Origin: Selaginella moellendorffii
Lineage: Eukaryota > Plantae > Lycopodiophyta
Direction: 5' to 3'
DNA: 64,000 nucleotides
Assembly: GCF_000143415.4 (NCBI RefSeq)
Contig: NW_003314292.1
Span: forward strand, 868,444-932,443
Both the position numbers and the translations under genes were made by a program. Below the pieces are notes generated by a model. The model searched no databases, was not told the DNA's origin, and saw only the letters and a list, made by a program, of their open reading frames with translations. Positions 50,421 to 64,000 of this stretch are shown in pieces (position 1 is the first letter of the stretch; every line of letters starts with the position of its first letter).

Positions 50421-50599
50421 TTTAGCATTTGTTTTCAAAGCCGTTTGTGATAAAGTGGATTTTTGGCAATTTTTCAACAAAAATTGTGATCTGGAGATTT
50501 AAAATGACCCAAAAACACAAGCTTTTTATTATTAATTATGTATTTCTTTTTAACAAAATATAAGGTATTGATGTGAATATGGAAACAAGATGCTCGTGA

Positions 50600-50833
50600 T
50601 GTTAGGCACTAGCTTTGACCACGTAGTCAACATCGGTCAAAGGGAGGCTCAAGGGTATATTAAGGCATATTAGGCTAAGGGACTTAACCTACTCTAACGC
50701 TCACAGTGGAACGGTGGTACAATAGAGTTTTTGAGGTAGTTCAGGGGTGGTTAGGTGGTGAGTAACCTCAAGAAATGGTATAGCATAATCCAAAGTGACT
50801 AGATCTTTGTTTTTTTTTCACCAAATCATAACA
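50600..50833 (+). repeat. 5' LTR of the gypsy element
   Basis: tgttaggcac...aatcataaca, homologous to 62480-62712. Confidence 0.9.
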
Positions 50834-51557
50834 TTAGTATTAGAGGGGTTGGTTCTAATGGCCAACCAAGCTAAATGCTGGAATCCTATTGTTGATGGTG
50901 GTGCTGAAGATAATGCTCACGGAGTTGTGGAGGTTTGGACCATTCAAGATGTTGTTCATAAACTGCAAGCCTTTAATCGAAATCAACAAGAGATGCAAGA
51001 TGAGATGCATGGCATGATGGATACCATGCATGGGCGTGTTGAAGCACTTGAGGTTGGATGTGGTAGCACTTCAAGTAAGCCTTCTTTGGTAGATCGACTC
51101 AAGATTCCAACCTTTTCCAGTGATAGTGGTGTGGATGAGTGTCTTGCTTGGTTAGCCAATGTGAAGAAGTTCTTGGTTGCTAAGGGAACTCTAGATGTAG
51201 AGGCTTTAGTGGCTATTCCAATGGTTTTGCATGATGCGAGAATTGGCTTAAGGAGTCTCATGTTGCAAATAAAAAACCATTAGTGTCTACTATGGATAAG
51301 TTTGAGGCTGCTTTCCATTTACGTTTTGCCCCTCACTACGATGTGAAGAATACTCATACAAAATTTTGACATTTCTAGCAAAGGAAAATAATACTCGGGG
51401 ACTATATTTAGAAGCTTACTTGTTTAATTAGCTGTGTTCTAACAAAGGAACTAGATCAGAATAAGTCCTACTTCATTGATGGCCTTCATAGTGAGAACAT
51501 GCGGCAACACTTGCATTATTCTTAACCTACAAAGAGTTTAGAGAAGTTCTTTGATAT

Positions 51558-54500
51558 TGTAGTGCACGTGGTTTTTACCCTTTATCCTATGGTGATTTAC
51601 CATAGGATAACACCACGAAGCAGAACCTAAACCCTCTTTGTGCCACGTGACAGATGCCACGTGTCACATGCCACATGTCCAAAGAATAATGGTGTGGAAC
51701 CCAAGGTTCAAGGCCTTAGGGCCACTGAACGAAGGAACAGTGCCAAACTCCCAAGCATGAAGCTAAGGAGTGATGGAACCGAACCATGGAGCAACTCCTA
51801 AGCAAAAAGCCCAAGGAGCGAAGGGACAGGAGCCCAGAGCGACTTGGAATAGTCCTGGAGCAACTAGCATCCCAATGCCAGGACCAGCACGCAAAATGGA
51901 GCTAAACAGAGTCTGGTGCTATTTCAGCATACTAGTGGCCTAACGTGAGGATATGGGTACTCCACCAGTTAGCATGGAATGGAACTTGGGCTTAGACCCA
52001 AGCCAGATGCAGAACAAGGACAGGCACATAAGCGGGAGCTAGACTATGCCTCAAGTTTGTCAGCCATGCCCGACCTACCCCCCCCCCCCCTTGAGGAACA
52101 CACGCTTTGGGCTTTCACCACAAGCCTCCCTTAGTATCAAGAGTTAGTCTTTGGGACAAGCTCAAAACTTACTAAATATGGAATGATACTAGATTGCAAA
52201 TTTGGACATGGGATGAACACCATTGTGTTCAAGCCAATCTCTACATTCCATAGATATGCCAAATGAGCAAATCTAGACACTTTCCATAATTAGTATTTGG
52301 GACCAAATTGAGACTAACACAAATGGGCATGATAGTGAGGGTGTTTGGCAGACACGGTAAGCTATCATCTAGCGAATATTGAGGGACCAATCTCAATATC
52401 ATAGGGGTTCTCAACACTAGCAAGTGCAAGTCAACAAATGAGTTTCTCTAATCAGGTCAAGTATGCTTGACTAATAACACTTAGGAATTCCGTCCCTATG
52501 CCCATCTGGTCAAGTGCACACGCGAGGACCAGTTTCTCAACTAGCTTAGGCGGAGACTGATAACAGGTCCAGCAATACCGACCTCCTGCTGTCGCGGCAG
52601 TAACGTAAAAGTGTCTGTAAGGACTGGCCGACAGGTAACTTTCGATACCCGAAGTCACATTTGCGACACTCTTCCCCCCTTGGGAAGATTGAAGTCCTTG
52701 TCGATGCATACTCCAGTCTAGAATACTGCCAAGGAAACAACTCTAGAAAAAGTTCACGGTACTCACACTATGTGAGAAATGCACCAACTTAAATGAGTTA
52801 GGGTAACCTCTTTGTCTAACGTGGATGTGCTACCAGCTTAGACACCTTTTGGCCGTCGCCGACAAGGAAATGACCAATGGAGTTAGGCACCCTTGCTGCT
52901 CTGGTTGTCACCCAGTTTACAAAAGTGTGATATGCCCCTACCTGTAGGGACATAGAGAGAGAAGCAAGAGGCCCCAACCCTCAACCCATCAGTAAGGTTT
53001 AAATAGACTATTGTAAATAGGCAGTAAAAGTTGTTTACACGGTCACGCCCTTTGACAGAATAAAGAACATCGACAGAGAGGCGGGTGATGTGACCAGTTG
53101 ACAGTAGCTACCCCATGACTAGAGATTTCAACATGCACATGAAGTGCCGAAGCCAGTCTGCCTTTACTGGCCCAAATTGAAAGATCAATAGATGGACAAT
53201 ATCAAAGTCAGAGACAATGATATCTTAGAGACTTAATTATCAGTGAATAAAGCTTAAAAGTAGAATACAAAAGTATTCCAAGTAAATTATCATCCGATAA
53301 ACTAGTATTAGAGGATAGGAACCACCAAGATCACTATCATTGGAAAACATAGGATGCACCATCCAACAAAATTCAATAGCAAGTATATCATCAAGTAAAC
53401 TCAATGATGAAACTTAACTACCAAAAATCGCAGATAGCATGCCAAACAACTCACAAAACACAACTTAAAGAACACAAAGTATCATTGACGAACAAGCAAA
53501 ATGCTCGCGAATGTATCACCCGAAGGAGAGAACATCTTAATCTATTAGAACTAACTCGAGCAATAATCAACAGAACAAAATAAATGTTGCAAAGCAAACA
53601 AACACTTGTTCATATCAACCATTGCACTAGCCAATCTAAATAGATCCCGATCAACAATACCAAGGAACTAGAGTTACTTAAAGCAAGTGTCAGCAATATC
53701 CTACTGATGTCTCAAACCCAATAGACCAATCCTGAGCAAACCACAAAGAACATATGGTATTGCGAAAAGCCATAAGCCATCAAGGAGAACAACTAACCAT
53801 CATGAAATATCATCAATCATCCCATCAAAAAGAGATATGTATAATCATCGTATAAGAAGGAATCCACCATTCTGAAGAATAACAAATCAATCTAGATCAA
53901 CAATAATCAAGCAAAACCTTTGACAAGGATAATCAATTATCTTAGATGATAGTCAATCATTACCAATGATTGTTAGATGCAAATACTAACTTCAACATTG
54001 AAGCTAGGAGCCAAAATGCCTTCCCCAACAACTTCTAACAAATGGAACAATGAGCATAAAACTCAATGAACCAAAAGCTCAAAGAAGCCTATAGCCAAGT
54101 CTTGCCTAATAATGATCATAAGTTTTATAGAAGCTAATTTCAATGTTAAAGAAGAAATCATGGTATGACTTACAATATCCTCCTCAATACATCCATAAGC
54201 CAAACTTCATAATGCTAAAGCTAATGAAGAGCATGTCTGCATCAATCCAAAAGCAAAGCATAACGAAGTTATGCTCAACAAGTGATCATCTAATCGATCC
54301 TTCATAAATCCATCTATAGCAAGACGTAACTCACTTCATAACAAGCAGAAGAAGAATCATCAATGATCGATATATATTAATTGAAGTCTAACAAGGATTC
54401 AATCATTTCAATACCAATCACTAACTCTTCCTCTCATAGAGGTAGCATTGTCCAAGACTAAATCACTTTTCAAGGAAAAGCCAATGCTCAACCTCGACTA

Positions 54501-57500
54501 AATAATCTCATCTAGAACACAACTAACTCAACTTGCCACTCAGTTCATTTGAACATCGACATAGTTGCTAACTAGCAAATGCATGAATGCCAACAACACA
54601 AAGCTAAAGCCAAATCATCAACACTATTTTCATCAAGACTGATGAAACTCAATATCAATCCTTGGAAGGATATCTCATTTCACTCGAATCTCAATATCAA
54701 CAATATCAATGACAAGGCATCACTTCAATGCCATCAACACCATAACAAAACTAGAAGAAAGCAAGAGTGAATCACCACCTAAAACTTTCTAGTAACAAAG
54801 CTAACGAAAGTCGAAGATACTTTAGTTAGTATCTGAGACTAATCTTCTAACAATACTTAGTTTCAGATAGCACATCATCAAGGCGTGAATCACCACATCC
54901 AAGACTCAATGAAATCCAACACTATAGACCAAACGTAACCAAATGATATTGTCAAAAGGAATCAATATGCCAATATGGAAAAACCATGTAAGTCTAATGA
55001 CACGATCCTCCGTAACACCATCCGGTAAAGCAAGCCCATCACTACTAAATCATCATCGAGCGAAGTAAGTGTCAAATAGTCCTCAACAAAGTCTACAAGC
55101 AATCACTAGTTGCAAAGCAACTAACAATCACCCCTCAACTTACCTTCACAAGACCCAAACACCAACTCTTGTCACCAAGTTATATATTTGTCCAACATGA
55201 ACGTGATACCTCATGCACAAGATATAAGTTCATTGACAAGTATGAACTAAATGACCACTCGAATCTAACTTAACCGAAATAAGCTTACTAATGCATTTAG
55301 CCAACAACTCTAAGCATGCCTTTGAAGAGGCTAGCTATGCAATTAACACTCAGTCAAACCTAAAGTGAAGATCATGAGATGGACTCATATTAGTACACAA
55401 CATCTTCATAAACAAAGCTATAGTACAGGTACTAACATCTTAAACTCAAACAACTAAGTTAGACATCACCATCCTCAGCCAAGGCACAGGGCTACCAAGA
55501 CTAAGTCAAGATCAATGAGAGTTCACTATTCTCATAGAGTCTTAACGAAATGCAAAGTGCAACCTGCCACCAAGCATAACACTACAGAAGAAAGGCACAA
55601 GGGTCACCCTTCTTAGAAAAGTGCAACGGCCACTTTTGTACACCAACTCCAGACTCTATCCAACTCAATTGCCTTAGCCCCAAAAGTTCGCATCCCTTTC
55701 GAGCCGCATCATATAAACTATCTACTAAGGTTTAAGCCAACTGAAGTCAACTCCAACCCTTTCACTAGTTTGTACTGGCTTACGAAAACGGAATGGTTTT
55801 CGGCAAAGTGATCAATAGATCAGCCATTGAAAAAGCCTAAGAAAATTTGTGGAAAATTTTCCATCCCAGAGAAAGAATGAGTCTCAGTCCAGGAATGCAA
55901 ACTTTCAAGACTCAACCAACTTCCTCCTACTAACAACTTCACATAGGTTCACCTCAACACAAACTCTCATAATCCAATAATATGCTTAAGCACTGAACAG
56001 TTTTGCCCATTTTTCCGATATCCAATATCGTCATCCGCAAAGTGCAAAATGAACATCCAAAACTTAATCACGAAGACCACATCTTCGGATATCCACATTG
56101 CACTAACACTCTTCACCTTCAAGATCTAATGTGAAGCCAAAACACTAACAAGAAAAATGACATGGAAAATCAAGGTCCAAGGAAAATTCCTTATCACTCG
56201 AAATAATAATGTTACTTCCACTAACATAAGTGCTAGTGATGTCAATACCCCAACTACACATTTTCTCCATCCAACAATCTACTCCAAGTGCTAACAGATC
56301 ATTCGACAAGCTATAGCAAATGAATGCTACAACCCCTTTTCCAACACCTTATGGGCAAACTCTCAAGGAAACAAGGTACCAACTTAAGTTTAGCATAATG
56401 GACCACCATCAAGAATTCAGTCAAAGCTACTATAATGCTACTTCGTGTAGGTAGACTAGCATCACTATCAACCACTTTGGGGTTGATCATCATTTAACCA
56501 AGCAACTTCGTAAATGCATTGCTCATTATCACATGGATATGATATAAAAATCACAATGTCTTGACCATCAATTGAGCAACACCACGAGCAACACCCATGT
56601 CATTACTTCAAAGGTTTATATGAATATCAAGTGCTAACTCAATTTGACAAAATGCAACATAAATGCCACACTTCACCAAAAGAGATTTACAACACCCAAC
56701 ACCATTAACTTTTGTTTATAACACAGACAAACTCATGCCACTCTCTTTTTGACCAAACTCAAAACTAATCCAACACCAAGCTACTCAAGGAGCAATAGCA
56801 AGGTTCCCCAAAAAAGAATTAAGCATTGCAATCCAAGTCTTCAATAGCAAGCTTAAACAAAATGGTTTAGCGTTTCACTACTATCCATCCCACAACTCAC
56901 TATTTGTAAGACTATCATTTCCAACATGCATCAAGGTAGGGACTCTTGATTGCATGATGTGAACACGAAAAATGAGTACCTTGTTGCAAATCATCTCTCT
57001 AAGAAGAGAAAATGATTTACATGTTTGATCCTTCGTCCTTGACAACTCTCTTTTCGGTTTTAACTTTGACTAAACGTCAAGCTTGCTTTTGCACTGCCTT
57101 TAGTCCAATCCAAGAAAAGTTTATGAGAGAGCACGGCAATAACTACTTGAATCAATAGATTGATCCACTTGTAGTCTTGCCTAGGAAGGATCCACTAGTG
57201 CCGTGCTAAATAGCTACGGACTAGCCCATTTGCAACTCATAGCAAACCCAGGGAAAGTTTATTTTCTCCCATGGTACAAAGAACAACTTATGGACCCAAC
57301 GGAACAACTCATGGAACCATCAATAGGCTTACATTAATCCTACCAGCTTAAAGTATAACTTTGAGTTGCTAATGTGCCTCACTCACGAGCCCAAGCGCAA
57401 ACTCGTGCTACTGGTACACCTCAAATCCATCCTATGAGCCCAAGAGCAAGCTCACATTATCATGGTACAAAAAGGTAACAAAACCCATACCCAAGGAACC

Positions 57501-58762
57501 ATTGCAAAGCCTTTGCACCCAAATGTGTACCCACTCAGATCATCGTTTTCATCTCTACATATGCAACGAGACTAGTTGCCCAATTTCATTGGATAGTACT
57601 CGCTGAGACTCATTCTCTGATACCAAATGTAGCGCATGTGGTTTTTACCCTTTATCCTATGGTGATTTACCATAGGATAACACCATGAAGCGGAACCTAA
57701 ACCCTCTTTGTGGCATGTGATAGATGCCACATGTCACATGCCACTTGTCCAAAGGACAATGGTGCAGAACCCGAGGTTCAAGGCCTTGGGCCACTGAACG
57801 AAGGAATGGTGCCAAACTCCCAAGCATGACGCCAAGGAGTGACGGAACCGAACCATGAAGCAACTCCCAAGCAAATAGCCCAAGGAGCGAAGGGATAGGA
57901 GCCTAGAGCGACTTGGAATAATCCTGGAGCAACTAGCATCCCAATGCCAGAACCAGCACGCAAAACGGAGCCAAACGGAGTCTAGCGCTATTTCAGCATA
58001 CCAGTGGCCTAACGTGAGGATATGGGTACTCCACCAGCTAGCATGGAATGGAACTTGGGCTTAGACCTAAACCAGACGTAGAACAAGGACAGGCACGCAA
58101 GCGGGAGCTAGACTATGCCTCAGGTTTGTCAACCATGCCCAACTTACCCACTATCCCTACTATATATTTGGAACCCCCTATAGCCCCCCCCCTTGAGGAA
58201 CACATGCTTTGGGCTTTCACCCCAAGCCTCCCTTAGGGGTTAGTCTCTGGGACAAGCTTGAAACTTACTAAATATAGAATGGTGCTAGATTGCGAATTTG
58301 GACACGGACGAACACTATTGTGTTCAGGCCAATCTCTACATTCCGTAGATATGTCAAATGAGCAAATCTAGACACTTTCCATAATTAGTATTTGGGACCG
58401 AATTGAGACTAACACAAAGGGCATGATAGCGAGGGTGTTTGGCAGACATGGTAAGCTATCATTTAGCGAATATTGAGGGACCAATCTTAATATTGCGGGG
58501 GTTCCCAACACTAGCAAGTGCAAGTCAACAAATGAGTTTCTCTAACTAGGTCAAGTATGCTTGACTAATAACACTTAGGAATTCCGTCCTTATGCCCATC
58601 TGGTCAAGTGCACATAGGAGGACCAATTTCTCAACTAGCTTAGGCGGAGACTGATAACAGGTCCAACAATACCGACCTCCTGCTGTCACGGCAGTAAGGT
58701 AAGAGTGTCTGTAAGGACTGGCCGATAGGTAACTTTTGATACCCGAAGTCACATTCACGACA
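51558..58762 (-). mobile_element. Nested LTR element with ~1.1 kb LTRs and ~5 kb internal region lacking recognisable gag-pol (LARD-like)
   Basis: LTRs at 51558-52668 and 57628-58762; TSD GATAT/GATAC; PBS tggtatcagag on the minus strand at ~57615-57625; PPT at 52669-52685. Confidence 0.85.
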
Positions 58763-58767
58763 GATAC

Positions 58768-61700
58768 AACTTGTCGACTTGACAATAATAAGCACAAGTC
58801 TTTCAAGCATTTGCAAAGTCCTTCTGTCAAGAATTGTCGTGATCACTGTGGACACAAGGATCGGAATAAACACCATAAGTTAAAGTTTGTGGTGACTACT
58901 TCAGATGCAAAGGGGTCAAAGAAGTAGAAGTTCTTTGTGAAGAATTATAAACAAAGTTGTTATCATTGTGGCCAGCTTGGACACTACAAGGCTGATTGTC
59001 CATAGTTGAAGAACAAGCAGCATGGCAAGAAGAATGGCCAATCTTTTATTGATGGTAAATCCGATGCTAAAAAGTTACAAACTTTGCAACGTGAGGACGA
59101 TGAGGACAACCATTCTGGTCGAAAGAAAAGGCTTTCGATCATTGCTCGCCAACTCAACTGTGTGTGGAACAAAATGAAGCTCAAGGATACTCATGAATCA
59201 ACTTTAATGCTAGAGGGTGTATTTCATAGTGGTCCAATGCAGATTTTACTGGATAGTGGGAGTGATGACAACTTTGTTTCAGCAAAGTTTGTTGTGAAGC
59301 ATGGCCTGGTCACATGAGGAGTTCTTCCATACATGGTGGAAGGTGCAACTACTTTTACTCAACATTTCGATGCTTGTGTAGAGGGGCTAGAAGTGTTGGT
59401 TGGCAACACCACACTTGTGGAGACTTTTTATATTGTGGATATCCATTATGTGGATTTCATTCTTGGGATGCCATGGTTAGTGAAGGTGGATCCGAAGATA
59501 AAGTGGAGTATTAAGCATGTTTCGCTGGAGTATGGCAGCGTTAAAGATGTGTGGTTTGGAGAAGGAGTTCAACCTCTAGCTGTTATGCTCTCTGCTACAT
59601 CTTTGAAGCAAGCTTGTTATAATAGAAAAGTACTTTCAAATTACTTGCTGTTTGTTTGTGATTTAGGGGACCAAGGCACATGTGGGGGAGAAGCAATAGT
59701 ACGGGATGTATCAATGAGTTTTCTGATGTTTTTCCATCTAAACTTCCTCATGGGTTACCTCTATTACAAGGTGTAAAGCATGGGATTACATTAGAGCCGG
59801 GGACATGGCTAATTTACCGACATCCATTTCAGTTAAATTATGCAGAGGAGCAAGAAGTTCAACGACAAGTCAAAGAGTTACTTGAGTTTGGATTTATTCA
59901 ACCAAGTAAGTTTCTATTTGGTGTTTCAGCCTTGCTTGTGAAGAAGGACGATTCAATGCAAATGTGTATTGACTGCCATGCCTCGAACAAGAAGACAGTG
60001 AAGGATAAGATGCTAATGCCATATGTGGATAATATTTTAGACAAGCTTGGTAAAACACGAGTGTTTACCAAGATTGATCTGAGGAGTGAATATCATTAGA
60101 TTGCAATAGATGATGCATCTATCTCCAAGATAGCATTCAACACAAGCTTTAGGCATTTTGAGTTTACAATTATGCCATTTGGTTTGATGAATGCATTAGC
60201 CATTTTTACTCGGTTGATAACAAAGGTATTTGGGTGTTATCTTCATGAGTTTGTAGAGATTTTCTTGGACAATATTCTTGTTTTCAATAAAAATATGGAG
60301 GACCATAAGATGCATTTGCGTAACATTCTTTTGTTACTCCGTGACAACAAACTTTATGTGATGAAGAGCAAATATGAGTTTGTAAAGTCGGAGGTGGAAT
60401 ATTTAAGCAATATTATGATATTTACGGGTGTCAAGACGGATCCAAGGAAGGTGGCTGTGGTGGAGAATTAGCCTACACCAACTACAATGGCCAAGTTATG
60501 CAGTTTCCTTGGAATGGCTAGTTACTATCAATGTTTCCAACATAAGTTTGTGGAGGTGGCTATTCCTTTGACACAGTTGTTGCACAAGAACGTGCCATTC
60601 GAGTGGAAGAAGCCACAAAAGGAGAGTTTTGTGGTGCTAAAACGATTGTTGAAAGAGGCTCTAGTGTTTCGCATTGCTAATCCATCAAAACCTTACGAAG
60701 TAACATGTGATGCGAGTGGTTATGTATTGGGAGGAATTCTCATGAAAGAAGGACAGCCTATTGCATATGAGAGTCGAACTTTGAATCTTGTAGAACAATG
60801 CTATTCCATATATGAGCAAGAGTTAGTCTCTATTGTTCATGCTTTGCAGACGTAGCGGCACTATCCTTATGATGCAATGTTTGTGATGTTGACGGATCAC
60901 AAACCACTTGTGTATCTTTTCACACATGAGGAGTTGAACACTAGGCAAGCTCGTTGGATAGTTAAACTCATGGAGTTTAGAAAGTTTCTTATTGAGCATC
61001 GTCTAGGAAAATTGAATGTGGTGGTGGATGCTTTATCTTGTATTCATCATGTGACAGCATTACAAACATAATTTTGTTATCATTTGAATAAGGTGGTCAA
61101 TGAGTTTGGGTTGTTGATTGAGCGTGCTCAGGCTCAAGATGCTAAGGTGGCCTCTTTGCGTGACCAAATGGAAGCCCCTTTCTCATTGGTGGATGGGATT
61201 CTCTATTATAATGGTTGTGTATATTTGTCATGGGTGGATGTGTTAATTACTTAAGTTTTATTCCACTATCATAATTGTCCGGAGGCTAATCATTTTAAGG
61301 GGAAGAAGACGTATGAGTTGATTAAGTGCAATTTTTATTGGAGGAATATGAAAGCTGATATCCTCAAATATTGTAAATCATGCGAGCTCTGTTAGCAAGT
61401 TAAGGTGCCACAGGAGAAGCTAGAGGGACTTTTGCAACCTTTACTTATTCCTCAGAGCCGTTGATGTAGTATCTCTATAGACTTCATCACTTGTTTGCCA
61501 TGAACACAGAGGCAAAAGGAGCAAGTATGGGTCATAGTGGATCGATTGACGAAGTATGTGCAGTTGTTGGCTCTTTGGAAAACTATCATTGCCCTAGACT
61601 TGGCTATAGTCTACTTAGAGAAGATTTTTTTTTTTTTGATTTTGGTTTGCCAAAAGACATCATTAGTGATCAAAATTCAAAGTTCACAAGTGGATTTTAA

Positions 61701-62340
61701 AGGAGCTTTGCGAAGGGTATACAAGTGACTTTGAAACTCTCGAGTGGAGATCATCCTCAGATAGATGGGCAAACCGAGCATGTGAATCAAGTGGTAGAGG
61801 ATATGCTACGTTGTAGCGTTAGTCAAAGGCAAGGACAATGGGATTTATATCTTTTGTTAGTGCAATTTGCTTACAATAATAGCCCACACAGTGGAACCAA
61901 GCTAAGTCCTTACTTTGTTATGTTTGGAAGACATCCCCAAACAACAGTGGAGTTGGGATTGCATTTGAGTAAGGATGTTCAAGATAAACTTGATTCTGAA
62001 GCAACTGATCTAGCCATAGAAGTTGATAAGATTCTAGTGGTATGCAAATAGAATTTGTAGGTAGCTCAAGATAGAGTGGAGAAGTTTGCTAATGAGAATC
62101 GATAAATTTGGGAATATAAAGTGGGTGATCTTGTCTTTGTGCGAGTGATCTTTCTGTCAAATGAGTGGTAGAACACCTTGGTGCTTTTGCAGAGAGGGAA
62201 GAGTGATAAACTTTTTCATTGATATGCTGGTTCATATAAAGTGCTAGAGCACATTGGTAAAGCAGCTTATCGGGTGCGGCTACCAGCTAGGGTTAAAATT
62301 CATTTAGTATTTTATGTCAACCAATTGAAAGGTGTATTAT
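58768..62340 (+). pseudogene. Disrupted gag-pol remainder of the gypsy element: Zn knuckle, protease, RT, RNase H, integrase
   Basis: CYHCGQLGHYKADC; LLDSGSDDNFVS; FTKIDLRSEYH, MPFGLMNA, FLDNILV; VTCDASGY, TDHKPL; HPQIDGQTEHVNQ; many stops and frameshifts. Confidence 0.9.
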
Positions 62341-62479
62341 TTCGGAGTGACGGGCCCAATGTCTCCTTGATGTGTATGGCTATGGAAGTTGGATCAAGAG
62401 TTTGAGTAGGGTTCCTTAGAAAGGGTAATCACCAATACAACTCGTCTTTGGGATAAGGACTTTGTTGGGGGGGAAGAAT

Positions 62480-62712
62480 TGTTAGGCACCAACTTTGACC
62501 ATGTGGTCAACATCGGTCAAAGGGAGGTTCAAGGGTATATTAAGACATGTTAGGGTAAAGGACTTAACCTACCCTAGGGCTCACAGTGGAGTGGCAGTAT
62601 AGTGGAGCTTTTGAGGTAGCTTGGGGGTGGTTGGGTGGTGAAGAACCTCAAGAGGTGGTGTAGTATAGTCTAGGGTGACTAAATTTTTGTCTTTTTACGC
62701 CAAATCATAACA
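62480..62712 (+). repeat. 3' LTR of the gypsy element
   Basis: Homologous to 50600-50833; followed by TSD CGTGA. Confidence 0.9.
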
Positions 62713-62883
62713 CGTGAAACATCCTCTTTAGTTGCTGAATTTATACCAAGGTTAAGACTTGGAAGTAGACTAGGTCGAAGTTCTAACAAGAGGGGTGTAA
62801 GCCACAAATTTTTCCTTTCCAATTTGTTAGCTTACCTTGTCTATCTGACCATCACGACTTTGGCCTTTGCTAAGTTCCCTCGC

Positions 62884-64000
62884 TGTAGCGCACCTGAATT
62901 TGGAGTCGAAATCCAAGCCCGTTGCGCTACGAACGAGGGTCCGGTACAATCCCACGAGCACCAGCTCCCCGTATCCAGCACCTGCACGCAAAATAGTGTC
63001 AGACGGAGTCTGGCACAATTTTGGCATACCGGTGGCCTAACGCGGGAAGGAGGGTACTCCACCGACTAGAGCAGCGTGGAGCCTGGGCTTAGACCCAAGC
63101 CGGACGCAGAACAAGGAGCGACACAGCCCAGTGGGAGCCAAACTAATATCTCAGGTGGTCAGACATGCATTCCAGCGATTTTGAGGGACTAGTCTCAATA
63201 CGCGAGGGTTCTTGTCACTAGCCAGTGCAAGACATAACGAGATGGGAACTCCTTACCGGGCTAAGTATGCTTAGCTAATAGCACATAGGAATTCCGTCCT
63301 TATGCTCGTCCGGTCTAAGTACACTCGAAATGCCCAGTTAACTCCACTAGCACAAGAGGGGCTACTAAAGGGATCCAACTGTACCGATCTCTTGCCGTCA
63401 TGGTAGTAAGGAAAGAGTGTCCATAAGGACCGGTCAACAAGTATCTTTCGATACCCGAAGTCACATTCGCGACACTCTCCCCCCCTGGGGAAGATCGACG
63501 TCCTCGTCGATGCATACCCGAGTCTAGCAAACCGTCAAGGAAACAACTTTGAAAGTTAATGGAAAGCACACTATGTGGGAAATACACCGACTTAAATGAG
63601 TTATAGAATGACCTCTCCTCTACGTCTAAAGACGTTAAGACTCAGACATCCTCCGGCCGTCACCGACAAGGAAATGACTAACAAAGTTAGCCCCCCTTGC
63701 TGCTCCGAGTACCACTCGGCTTACAAAGGAATGATACATCCCTGCCCGCAGGGACATAAAGAGAAGGCTAGAGGCCCACTTCCCCTGAGCAAGAAATCAA
63801 CCCCATCGGGAAGATTTAGACAGCTATTATAAACTGGCAGATTATGTTGTTTACACGACCATGCCCCTTTTCAAAAGTGAGGCATCGAGAGAGAGGCGGG
63901 GACTTGTGATCAGTCTATAATAGTTATCCCCATGGTTATGGATTGGACCCATGCACCGAAGTGCCGAAGTCAGCATGCCAAAACTGACCCAAGTACTATC
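62884..64000 (-). mobile_element. Related LTR element with a shorter ~590 bp LTR (62884-63474), extending beyond the window
   Basis: tgtagcgcac...cacattcgcgaca, then PPT complement ctctccccccctgggg and internal sequence homologous to 52669-53190. Confidence 0.8.

Larger units (their letters stand above)
50600..62712 (+). mobile_element. Full-length decayed Ty3/gypsy LTR retrotransposon, interrupted in gag by a nested element
   Basis: TG..CA LTRs at 50600-50833 and 62480-62712; CGTGA TSD on both sides; degenerate Met PBS ttagtattagag; PPT before the 3' LTR; domain order PR-RT-RH-INT. Confidence 0.92.

Overview
Eukaryotic land-plant genomic DNA with compact genes and very short (~45-60 nt) GT-AG introns. 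The style resembles the lycophyte Selaginella, but that is an inference and is not verified. Positions 1-12 kb hold a secreted Cys-repeat peptide, an AT-rich intronless bulb-type lectin gene, a KOC1/KEG-like kinase, a GH35 beta-galactosidase and an orphan gene behind a heat-shock element. Positions 12.6-36.2 kb hold an amplified module of a secreted nsLTP-like gene followed by a signal-peptide-bearing, motif-degenerate PEBP (FT/TFL1/MFT-fold) gene. It occurs as three + strand and three - strand units forming two converging arms around an intact cytosolic HSP90 gene and a second nsLTP paralog. This secreted LTP/PEBP module is my best candidate for an undescribed system. Positions 37.6-40.7 kb hold an apparently in-frame spliced chimera of an oligopeptidase-B N-terminal propeller and the C-terminal half of RadA/Sms. 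Positions 41-46 kb hold a lectin pseudogene, a CHD3/PICKLE-like fragment and an intronless secreted LamG-like gene of bacterial appearance. Positions 46.5-64 kb are retrotransposon debris, including a full-length decayed Ty3/gypsy element (TSD CGTGA) with a LARD-like LTR element nested in its gag. All calls come from manual reading and translation; no database search was run.
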